Of a stretch of 64,000 bases of DNA, positions 29,247-36,901 are shown piece after piece; position 1 is the stretch's first letter, and every line of letters starts with the position of its first letter. Made by a program: the position numbers and the translations under genes. Below the pieces are notes generated by a model. It ran no database searches, was not told the origin of the DNA, and worked only from the letters and a program-made list of their open reading frames with translations. Where the stretch lies: the NCBI GenBank assembly GCA_944372445.1, contig CALVZE010000002.1, positions 37,175 to 101,174 of the forward strand, read 5' to 3'. Source of the stretch: an uncultured Clostridia bacterium (GTDB lineage Bacteria; Bacillota; Clostridia; Christensenellales; UBA1242).

Positions 29247-30742
29247 TTTTTTATAAGAATTTAAAAAAACATAAGAAAACAGAGGAGAAAAACATCACTT
29301 TTTCAGTTTTTGGCGAAGGATTGATTTCTAATGAAGACGATTTAATTTCTAAGCCAAATGAATGTAAAACTTTTTATAATTTTTCTCCGCTTGATGGTGC
29401 GTTAAAAACAGGGCTAGGCTTTAAAGAGTTAGAAGTTCCAGCAAGCGAGAATGATTTAAACACTGTTCATCCATTTAATTACAGTTTAAAAGACATCACT
29501 GAGATAAGAACGATTGATTTTTTTAGATATCTTGATATAGAGGATGACCGATATTATTATCATCTTATTATAATGGACCAAGAGGACCAACTTTGGACAC
29601 TGCTTTTAATTGATGTAGCTAATGGAGAGCCTTTGTCGAAATCTGCGTTATACTTTACCGATTTAATCTCAACTTGCACTTATCGTATAGGCGACTTTGA
29701 TTGTTTGTTGTATTTTACAAAAACGGGTATGATTTTTGCTAGTGCCTATCAAACAGAAAAGTTTGAGGAAGTTCCTGCACTACTCTCTTGCGTGGTGCAT
29801 TATGGAAAAGCGTTTGGTATCACAAACAAAAACAGAAATGAACTTATCTATCAATCCAATCTTGACATAAGAGAGTGGACGGGCGATGATGGTAGTGTAA
29901 TTGAATTTTTAGACTCCATGGGTGCTTTTACAAAACTTGTTGTTTTCAATGATTATATTTACCTATTTAGAGAAAATGGCATAACAAAGATTTCAGCATA
30001 TTCTTCTAAAGATGAATTTTCTTTTACTCATCTCTATCTATCCTCCTCCAAAATTTACGAAAAGTCTGTTTGTGTTTGCGGAGAGGTGATATACTTTGTG
30101 ACGCGTGATGGGTTATTTTCTTTCAACGGAACATCTGTAAGCAAAATTTGTGAAGAATATGACCACTTTTTTAAAAATTTAGATAATGCAAATTGTTCGT
30201 CGTGCTGTATGGATGGAAAGTATTATCTTGCAACCAAATGCAATTTTAATGACAATGCTAGTGTTGGCTGTGAAAGTTCGACGCATGTAAACAATGTGCT
30301 GTTTGAGGTTGATATAGAAACTAAAAAAGTGGATGTATTACGCGGTGTAGATATAAAAAAGATTATTGCTATTGACACACCGTATTACAGTAAAGTTGTG
30401 GCGTGCTTTAATGGAAGCAACATCGGAAAACTAGGTGAGCTTGTGCATAATGGAAAAATCTTCACATCTATCAATAACAAAAGTTGGAGTTCGTTTGTTA
30501 CAGATTTAGGATATAAAGGTAAAAACAAAAAGATAAAAGAAATAATTTTAAATACGAGCTATCCTTGCGAAGTTGAGATTATTTCTGATATTGAAACAAA
30601 AACATATTCTTTTGATGGTAGTGAAAAGGAACAACGCGCATTAGCTTCTGTAATTGGTAAAAATTTTCAATTTATCTTCAAAACAGATGAAGAAAACAGC
30701 CATATCTCAAAACCGATGATTGTGTTTGACGTAATATCGTGA
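29237..30742 (+). CDS. phage hypothetical protein, 501 aa
   Basis: AGAGGAG SD. It overlaps the previous gene by 10 nt. I recognise no motif. Confidence 0.45.
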   Translation: MALIFYKNLKKHKKTEEKNITFSVFGEGLISNEDDLISKPNECKTFYNFSPLDGALKTGLGFKELEVPASENDLNTVHPFNYSLKDITEIRTIDFFRYLDIEDDRYYYHLIIMDQEDQLWTLLLIDVANGEPLSKSALYFTDLISTCTYRIGDFDCLLYFTKTGMIFASAYQTEKFEEVPALLSCVVHYGKAFGITNKNRNELIYQSNLDIREWTGDDGSVIEFLDSMGAFTKLVVFNDYIYLFRENGITKISAYSSKDEFSFTHLYLSSSKIYEKSVCVCGEVIYFVTRDGLFSFNGTSVSKICEEYDHFFKNLDNANCSSCCMDGKYYLATKCNFNDNASVGCESSTHVNNVLFEVDIETKKVDVLRGVDIKKIIAIDTPYYSKVVACFNGSNIGKLGELVHNGKIFTSINNKSWSSFVTDLGYKGKNKKIKEIILNTSYPCEVEIISDIETKTYSFDGSEKEQRALASVIGKNFQFIFKTDEENSHISKPMIVFDVIS

Positions 30743-30854
30743 AATTGATTTATCAAAAATATCTTAATTTTTATAAAAACAAACTTTTTTACTTAAAAGG
30801 GGAAGATGCTATGATTGATAAAATTTTAAGTTTAAAAGAAAGATATGGTGACTT

Positions 30855-31091
30855 ATGGAATTGTGGAAAGAGATAATAAGCATTGTTGTGAGCAATGGTG
30901 TGTTCGCTGTGCTATTTGTTTGGTTGTTTCTTTATCAGCTGAAAGACTCTTCAAAGCGGGAACAGAAATATCAAGAAACCATTGAAAAATTAACCACAAG
31001 TTTGAATGTGCTTGAAGAAGTAAAGGAAGAGGTGAGTGATATTAAGCATTACTTAAAGCGTGAGGAGGATGAAGATGAAGAAGCTGTTTGA
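30855..31091 (+). CDS. BhlA/UviB-family holin-like protein
   Basis: 78 aa with a single N-terminal TM helix (VFAVLFVWLFLY) followed by KDSSKREQKYQETIEKL, as in the BhlA family. Confidence 0.6.
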   Translation: MELWKEIISIVVSNGVFAVLFVWLFLYQLKDSSKREQKYQETIEKLTTSLNVLEEVKEEVSDIKHYLKREEDEDEEAV

Positions 31092-31380
31092 AAGAATGAA
31101 GTCGTATAGCTTTTGGGTGTCGTTCTCTGGTGCGCTAATAATTTTTATTAACTGTCTAGGACGAATATTTAATTTCCAAATTGAAAACGAAATTGTTGAA
31201 GATGTAATAATGTCTATCGCAGGACTTTTAGTTGTGTTGGGATTTGTTACAAAAGAGACAAAAGATAACAAAGATAATCTTGAAGACATTGAAGAAGAAA
31301 GTTCGGAAGGCGTGGTAAGTGAAGATGAGCAAAAAGACAAAGAGGACGAAAAGAAAAATCAAGATAAAGATAATCTCTAA
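31075..31380 (+). CDS. putative holin (two TM helices, acidic tail)
   Basis: MKKLFERMKSYSFWVSFSGALIIF...IAGLLVVLGFV. A GAGGAGG SD (31062-31068) lies 6 nt before the ATG at 31075. Confidence 0.5.
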   Translation: MKKLFERMKSYSFWVSFSGALIIFINCLGRIFNFQIENEIVEDVIMSIAGLLVVLGFVTKETKDNKDNLEDIEEESSEGVVSEDEQKDKEDEKKNQDKDNL

Positions 31381-31439
31381 GATGATAACAAACTTAATTA
31401 GAAAAAATAGGCTTGTTTAAATTGTAATATTTAAAACTA

Positions 31440-31458
31440 ATAATGTATAAATATACAT
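31440..31458. promoter_or_regulatory. 19-nt conserved box containing the inverted repeat ATGTATA-aa-TATACAT (copy 1)
   Basis: ataatgtataaatatacat. It is identical to the copy at 31646-31664. Confidence 0.4.
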
Positions 31459-31475
31459 TTTAAAAATCCAAAAAG

Positions 31476-31509
31476 AGGTAATTGAAGCAAAATATCAATT
31501 ACCTTTTTT
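31476..31509 (+). terminator. intrinsic terminator closing the phage-like module
   Basis: 10-bp stem aggtaattga/tcaattacct (31476-31485 and 31495-31504), then TTTTT. Confidence 0.7.
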
Positions 31510-31645
31510 ATTTTATACAAACAACAAAAATTAAAAAAATGATGTTATTTAAAAAAAATAATTCAAAAATGAAGTCACAATAATTAATTTTTTATTTACA
31601 CATAAATTTTTATAAGTCAGGGTGTCTGTGTTATTTTTTAAAGTG

Positions 31646-31664
31646 ATAATGTATAAATATACAT
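31646..31664. promoter_or_regulatory. 19-nt conserved box containing the inverted repeat ATGTATA-aa-TATACAT (copy 2)
   Basis: Exact repeat of 31440-31458, located 206 bp downstream in the same A+T-rich intergenic region. Confidence 0.4.
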
Positions 31665-31823
31665 AAATTTAAGTATTTATTTACATATCAAGACGATTGA
31701 AAAATGCAGAATTTTATAGAAAAAGAATAAACAAAAATTAAGTTTTATTATTATATAGTTAATAATGTTTGCAAATATTTTTAAAGTTATGATAAACTAT
31801 AAAATAAGATAAGTGAGGAATTG

Positions 31824-32117
31824 ATGAAAAAAATTATTTACACAATTTTATCTATATGTGCAATTATTTATATCGGTTTTTTGGTGGTGAATGTTATAAT
31901 TACAAAAACTACATGGGCGCCTGATATGGGCAACTTTCAAGGTGTTTTTGATTTTATAGTGAATTTTGGCGGAGTTGCTATCATCTTCACTTTTGCGCTT
32001 GTGAATTTTGCTGGCAGTCCTTTAAAGGTGGTGTTTTTCATTCTTCTTATTATAGCCATAATTGTTTATATCATTGTTTTGGCTTGCCCAGATTTTATAT
32101 ATAATCTTTTTAGTTGA
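31824..32117 (+). CDS. small membrane protein (3 TM helices)
   Basis: 97 aa and hydrophobic. A GAGG SD lies 5 nt before the ATG. Confidence 0.5.
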   Translation: MKKIIYTILSICAIIYIGFLVVNVIITKTTWAPDMGNFQGVFDFIVNFGGVAIIFTFALVNFAGSPLKVVFFILLIIAIIVYIIVLACPDFIYNLFS

Positions 32118-32139
32118 TTTTTGTTATGGAGTTTTAAAT

Positions 32140-34623
32140 ATGGAAAAGTTTTTGATAGTTGACGGAAACAGCTTGGCAAATCGAGCATATTATGCGATGC
32201 CATATCTTTCTAATATTAAGGCTGAGCCGTCGGGAGCGGTGTTCGGTTTTGCAAATATTTTAATTAAGCTTATTGTTGAACAAAAGCCAGATTATATCGC
32301 GGTTGCTTTTGACCATGCAAGAATTACATTTCGTAATCAAATTTATGAAGCGTATAAGGGGACGAGAAAGGAAACTCCTCCTGATTTAATCAAGCAATTT
32401 CCTGTGATAAAAAACATGTTAAATCTCATGAATATAAAAGTTCTTGAATATGAAGGAATAGAGGCTGACGATATAATAGGCACGCTTTCCAATCTGTCTT
32501 GTAAAGAAAACATCCTCTTGTCGGGAGATAGAGATTTATTGCAACTCGTAAACAAAAACACTGTTGTGTGGCTGACTAAAAAAGGGGTCACAGAAATTGA
32601 TGTGATGGATGAAAAGGCGATTAAGAATAAATATGGTTTTGAGCCTAAGGGCATTATTGACTTAAAAGCTCTTATGGGCGATGCGTCAGATAACATTCCT
32701 GGTGTTAGCGGTGTGGGAGAAAAAACGGCGCTAACCTTATTGAATAAATATGGCACTCTTGATGATGTTTATCAGCATATAGATGAGATAACAGGCAAGC
32801 TAAAAGATAAACTTGAAAACGACAAAGAAAATGCTTATCTATCTAAAACTCTTGCAACTATCAAAACAGATTGTGACATCAAAGTTGACTTTGAAGATTA
32901 TAGGTATTCTTTTCCTTTCAGCGAAAAGGTTAGAGAGTTTTTTGAGTATTGGAACTTCAATTCGTTTTTAAAGCGTGATGATATTTTTAACGAGCAGAAA
33001 AAGGAAATTCTTCAAGAAACTTTAATAGACGATTTAAAAGTGATAGATGGTCTTGTTGCGGAAATTGATGACGAGTTTGCCTATGATTTAGAAAACTTAA
33101 AATTTGCCTCAAAAAAGAATGCATATTTCTTAAAAAAAGATTTAGATTTATTCTCTATAAATATTGATGAAGGGGATGTGTTAAAAAAGTTAAAAGATGT
33201 TTTTGAAAATGAAAATATTTTAAAAATCACAAAAAATGCGAAAAAAGATATAAAAATTTTAAAAAAATACGGTATTTTTCTTAAAAATTTCTTTGATTTG
33301 GAAATTGCACGCTATGTTTGTTTTTCTTCGTTTGTTAAAGATGAGAAGCAAAATATTGATGAATATTTCAAATTAAAAGAGGATTTTAAAAAAGAGATTG
33401 AAAAGAAAAATGTGGATTATATTTATTACAAAATCGAAATTCCTCTTGTCGAAGTTTTGGCTAGCATGGAAGAAGAAGGTTTCAAAGTTGATGAAGTGGC
33501 ACTTGATGAAATCGATAACAAGATTAGCGAAGAAATCAGCGAAATTGAAGATAGGATTTTTAGCGAGGCTGGTGAAAAATTTAACATCAATTCTCCTAAG
33601 CAAGTTGCTGGAATTTTGTTTGATAAACTTAAAATTGTGCCATACAACAATAAGAAACGCTCAACAAATTTTGCCATCCTTGACGAATTGCGATTTGAGC
33701 ATGAAATAGTCAACGATATTATTCGTTACAGAAAATTATATAAACTTAAAAGCACTTACATAAATGTATATAAGGAATTGATTAAGACGAGAGGCAATAT
33801 CATTCATACTATCTTTAATCAAACACTTACAAACACAGGCAGACTTTCTAGTTCTGAACCAAACATGCAAAACATTCCAACGCGTGATGAAGAAGGAAGA
33901 AATCTTAGGAAAATTTTTGTGTCAAAGTTTGACGATGGAATAATAGTATCTGCCGATTACAACCAAATTGAGTTGAGACTGCTTGCAAACATGGCGGATG
34001 AAAAATCTATGATTGAGGCGTATCAGCATGGCGTAGATATTCACACAAAAACTGCTAGTGAAATTTTTAATGTGCCTGTTGATAGAGTTACAAGCGCTAT
34101 GCGTAGGGACGCAAAAGCCGTGAATTTTGGTATCATATATGGAATTAGTGATTTCGGGTTGTCTCAAAATATAAAAACCTCGCGAAATAAGGCGAAAGAA
34201 TATATTGCGTCTTACTTTGAGCGCTATCCTAGCATCCAAAACTTTATGAATGACAACATTGAGTTTGCAAAAGAACATGGTTATGCAAAGACCGACTTTG
34301 GTCGCATCAGAATGATACCAGAACTTAAATCTTCTAATTATATGGTAAGAAAATTCGGCGAGCGTGTTGCTATGAATATGCCTTTGCAAGGCACGGCGTC
34401 AGATATTATTAAGCTTGCCATGATTGCAACTTTTAGAGAACTTAAAAATTTTGAAAGCCATATCATTTTGCAAGTCCACGATGAACTTGTTATTGATGTC
34501 AAAAAAGAGGAATTGTCTAAGGTTGTTAAAATAGTAAAGGATTGCATGGAAAATGTTAAGGCTTACAAAGTTCCTCTCATTGTGAATGTGGGTGAGGGCA
34601 AAACGCTTTATGATTGCAAATAA
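32140..34623 (+). CDS. polA: DNA polymerase I
   Basis: The 5'-nuclease N-terminus reads LIVDGNSLANRAYYA. Polymerase motifs ADYNQIELRLLA (A), RRDAKAVNFGIIYG (B) and QVHDEL (C) are present. The start is at 32140 with a GGAG SD; the track ORF begins upstream at 32062. Confidence 0.93.
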   Translation: MEKFLIVDGNSLANRAYYAMPYLSNIKAEPSGAVFGFANILIKLIVEQKPDYIAVAFDHARITFRNQIYEAYKGTRKETPPDLIKQFPVIKNMLNLMNIKVLEYEGIEADDIIGTLSNLSCKENILLSGDRDLLQLVNKNTVVWLTKKGVTEIDVMDEKAIKNKYGFEPKGIIDLKALMGDASDNIPGVSGVGEKTALTLLNKYGTLDDVYQHIDEITGKLKDKLENDKENAYLSKTLATIKTDCDIKVDFEDYRYSFPFSEKVREFFEYWNFNSFLKRDDIFNEQKKEILQETLIDDLKVIDGLVAEIDDEFAYDLENLKFASKKNAYFLKKDLDLFSINIDEGDVLKKLKDVFENENILKITKNAKKDIKILKKYGIFLKNFFDLEIARYVCFSSFVKDEKQNIDEYFKLKEDFKKEIEKKNVDYIYYKIEIPLVEVLASMEEEGFKVDEVALDEIDNKISEEISEIEDRIFSEAGEKFNINSPKQVAGILFDKLKIVPYNNKKRSTNFAILDELRFEHEIVNDIIRYRKLYKLKSTYINVYKELIKTRGNIIHTIFNQTLTNTGRLSSSEPNMQNIPTRDEEGRNLRKIFVSKFDDGIIVSADYNQIELRLLANMADEKSMIEAYQHGVDIHTKTASEIFNVPVDRVTSAMRRDAKAVNFGIIYGISDFGLSQNIKTSRNKAKEYIASYFERYPSIQNFMNDNIEFAKEHGYAKTDFGRIRMIPELKSSNYMVRKFGERVAMNMPLQGTASDIIKLAMIATFRELKNFESHIILQVHDELVIDVKKEELSKVVKIVKDCMENVKAYKVPLIVNVGEGKTLYDCK

Positions 34624-34700
34624 ATTGTTGTTAATTTTAATTTATTTCTAAAATCGTTTGACTATTGCTTCATTTTATTTTAAAATGATAGTGGTGAAGT

Positions 34701-35120
34701 ATGCAATATGATAGATATATGGGGCTTGACTATGGCAATTCAAGAATAGGTATCGCTTTTTCAGACCTTTCGGGAACGATAGCAACTGCGGATAGTATCT
34801 ATAAGTGTAAAGGGGTGGAAGAGGATATCGCTTTTTTGGTAAACCTTGCGAAAAACAAGGAAGTTAGACATATTGTTATTGGCTTGCCTCTTAATGCTGA
34901 CGGCACCGAAAGTGAAATGTCAAAACGCGTTCAAGATTTTGGGCAAAAGCTTTTTGATAGGTCACAGATTGAAGTTTTTTATCAAGATGAGCGTTACACA
35001 TCGTTTGAAGCAGAGGAATATTTAAAAGAAGCTCGTATTCCTTGGGAAAAACGCAAAACTCTTTTAGATAAGGTGGCTGCTCAAATAATTTTACAGAATT
35101 ATCTTGATGAAAGAAAATAA
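34701..35120 (+). CDS. ruvX: Holliday junction resolvase-like nuclease RuvX (YqgF)
   Basis: 139 aa with the GLDYGNSRIGIA motif. Confidence 0.85.
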   Translation: MQYDRYMGLDYGNSRIGIAFSDLSGTIATADSIYKCKGVEEDIAFLVNLAKNKEVRHIVIGLPLNADGTESEMSKRVQDFGQKLFDRSQIEVFYQDERYTSFEAEEYLKEARIPWEKRKTLLDKVAAQIILQNYLDERK

Positions 35121-35131
35121 AAGGAGAGGGT

Positions 35132-35515
35132 ATGGATAAGAAAAAAATGCAAAAAGTGGAAGAGATTTCTAATGAGGTTGAACAAGAGTTAAGTGATTTT
35201 GATATTTTGGATGTCATTCTTGACGAAAATAATACCGATGCACTCATCTTGCAAAATGAACAAGGCAGACAAATTCGCTTTGAGCAGGTCGCTGTTATTC
35301 CATATAACGAAAAAATTTATGTTATTTTAAAACCTATTGATAAGATAGAAGGCGTAGAGGATGACCAAGCTATTGTCTTTTTGGCTGACGAAACAAAGCG
35401 TCCTACCGTTTTAATTCCAGAAAATGATGAGAAAACGGCGGTTAAGGTGTTTGACGAATACTATAACCTAGTTGAAGAAGCCAACAAAAACGCAAAGAAA
35501 AAGGGTAAGAAGTAA
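35132..35515 (+). CDS. DUF1292 domain protein
   Basis: 127 aa. The pattern IRFEQVAVIPYNEKIYVILKPID...AIVF fits DUF1292. The position after ruvX is conserved in Firmicutes. Confidence 0.7.
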   Translation: MDKKKMQKVEEISNEVEQELSDFDILDVILDENNTDALILQNEQGRQIRFEQVAVIPYNEKIYVILKPIDKIEGVEDDQAIVFLADETKRPTVLIPENDEKTAVKVFDEYYNLVEEANKNAKKKGKK

Positions 35516-36081
35516 TTATTCTTTAACTAAATAGATTATTTTCAGTGTTTATGCTCTGATTGCTTTTTTGTTGAAAATTTTTATTGTATAATTTTTTTCC
35601 GATTGTGCAATATATTTATTGACACAAGTTCTTCAAAATGATAAAATAATTTTGATAAAGACTTGTGCTTTATCCAGCGTGCATTTTGTAAATGAAGTGT
35701 TTGCCTTTTGCCATAATGGATAAAAGTCGGAATTATATTTTGCCGTAAAATAAACACTCCTATTAATGCACCAAATTAAAAGGAGAAGAAGTTTTGTATA
35801 ATTCTTCTCTTTTTTATTTTTCTTACAATGCTTTAGCAATTGTTTGGCTTGTTTATTAAGTAATATGAAATAAGAGTGAAAAGAGAAAAAAGAAAAAAAA
35901 TAAGAGAACAAAAAAATAATTCGAAATTTAATCACACTCTTACACCGTCCTACTCGCAAAAGAGTAGCGACCAACTCGCCAACGAAGTGCGAGTTGCGTT
36001 TGGTCGCTAAAAGAAAAAACAAGCGAAAAGGCGATGCTTTTCGAACTTGTTCGAAAACGAGCAAAAGTGCAGTTTTTTCTT

Positions 36082-36150
36082 TGGTGCGGGCGGTGGTGGT
36101 CGCTCCGCGGTTAGTTAGGCTTTGCTGGCAGTTCCGCTATCACGCCGGGG
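36082..36150 (-). pseudogene. decayed tRNA-like remnant (copy 1)
   Basis: It shares tggtgcgggcggtgg.ggtcg with the 3' end of the tRNA at 36622. The D-arm-like segment ggcgtgatagcggaactgcc is retained, but there is no TTCGA T-loop and no acceptor pairing. Confidence 0.45.
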
Positions 36151-36451
36151 AGAGCGAATGTAAATATATAATCTTTCCACAACTCTTCGTTTTTATTTTT
36201 TATTTCTTATTTCAAAAATAATTCGAACTGTAATATGAAATAAGAGTGAAAAGAGAAAAAAGAAAAAAAATAAGAGAACAAAAAAATAATTCGAAATTTA
36301 ATCACACTCTTACACCGTCCTACTCGCAAAAGAGTAGCGACCAACTCGCCAACGAAGTGCGAGTTGCGTTTGGTCGCTAAAAGAAAAAACAAGCGAAAAG
36401 GCGATGCTTTTCGAACTTGTTCGAAAACGAGCAAAAGTGCAGTTTTTTCTT

Positions 36452-36520
36452 TGGTGCGGGCGGTGGGGGTCGCTCCGCGGTTAGTTAGGCTTCGCTGGCA
36501 GTTCCGCTATCACGCCGGGG
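36452..36520 (-). pseudogene. decayed tRNA-like remnant (copy 2)
   Basis: The 21 nt tggtgcgggcggtgggggtcg are identical to the 3' end of the tRNA-Leu 170 bp away. The rest is diverged, as in copy 1. Confidence 0.45.
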
Positions 36521-36583
36521 CGGGCGAACGCAAACACGGTTGCCTTCGCTTTTCCGCCCGTTCGACCCGCTTACAAACTTAAA

Positions 36584-36615
36584 CAAAAAAAAGAAAGCTT
36601 CCTTTTCAACTTTCT
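36584..36615 (-). terminator. intrinsic terminator of the tRNA-Leu gene
   Basis: On the minus strand: AGAAAG, a 12-nt loop, CTTTCT, then T8. On the plus strand the hairpin is 36592-36615 and the A-run 36584-36591. Confidence 0.6.
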
Positions 36616-36621
36616 TCGCTT

Positions 36622-36703
36622 TGGTGCGGGCGGTGGGGGTCGAACCCACACTCTTTCGAACATGCCCCTTAAACATGCGCGTCTGCCATTCCGCCACGCC
36701 CGC
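36622..36703 (-). tRNA. tRNA-Leu (class II, long variable arm); the anticodon reads AAG in a hand fold; CCA is encoded
   Basis: The reverse complement is GCGGGCG-TG-GCG-GAATGGCAGA-CGC-G-CATGT-TTAAGGG-GCATG-TTCGAAAGAGT-GTGGG-TTCGACC-CCCAC-CGCCCGC-A-CCA. It has a 7-bp acceptor stem, U8, a GG D-loop, a TTCGA T-loop and discriminator A73. Confidence 0.8.
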
Positions 36704-36866
36704 ATAACACACTTGCTTTCTTATTATATTAATTACAATCTAAAATGTCAACAATTTTTGCCAAATTTATAAAATTTTCTTTAAATTATCTTGGTTCCTT
36801 AATGATGTTTTGTTGTAAGACTGGCAGTTTCTCATTTAAACAATTTAGGTTAACTTTTCAAATTAT

Positions 36867-36895
36867 TTGATTTTTTTCATATTAAATGTTATACT
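36867..36895 (+). promoter_or_regulatory. sigma-A-type promoter ending 6 nt before the ATG at 36902 (candidate leaderless transcript)
   Basis: TTGATT (36867-36872), a 17-nt spacer, then TGtTATACT (36887-36895). No SD. Confidence 0.45.
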
Positions 36896-36901
36896 ATCTA
36901 T

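Larger units (their letters stand above)
24131..31380 (+). mobile_element. phage-derived head-only gene module (defective prophage, capsid-forming satellite or domesticated particle)
   Basis: Ten co-directional, tightly packed genes: terS-like, Zn protein, portal, scaffold, major capsid, three unknowns and two holin-like genes. No terL, tail, lysin, integrase or repressor lies in or next to the block. Confidence 0.6.
35861..36600. repeat. tandem duplication, period 370 bp (35861-36230 and 36231-36600); near-identical for about 290 bp, then diverging
   Basis: taatatgaaataagagtgaa... restarts exactly 370 nt later. The track ORFs 35633..36064 and 36207..36434 encode the same 68 residues because of the duplication. 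Each unit carries a tRNA-3'-end copy, a minus-strand terminator and hairpins. Confidence 0.9.

Noticed and set aside
35861-36600. Whether the 370-bp repeats are a CRISPR array, or encode a tmRNA, RNase P, SRP or 6S RNA
   Set aside because: There are only two units. The period is ten times too long for CRISPR, and there is no repeat-spacer structure. I found no tmRNA tag reading frame with a tRNA-Ala-like end, and no conserved RNase P or SRP motifs. The best explanation is duplicated tRNA-flank sequence, although I could not run a covariance-model scan.
35633-36712. Five ORFs (35633..36064, 35994..36221, 36207..36434, 36364..36582, 36485..36712), two of which encode identical peptides
   Set aside because: The identical peptides are a by-product of the 370-bp tandem DNA duplication. 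The ORFs cross terminator hairpins and tRNA or tRNA-like sequence, one of them antisense to the tRNA-Leu. None has an SD.
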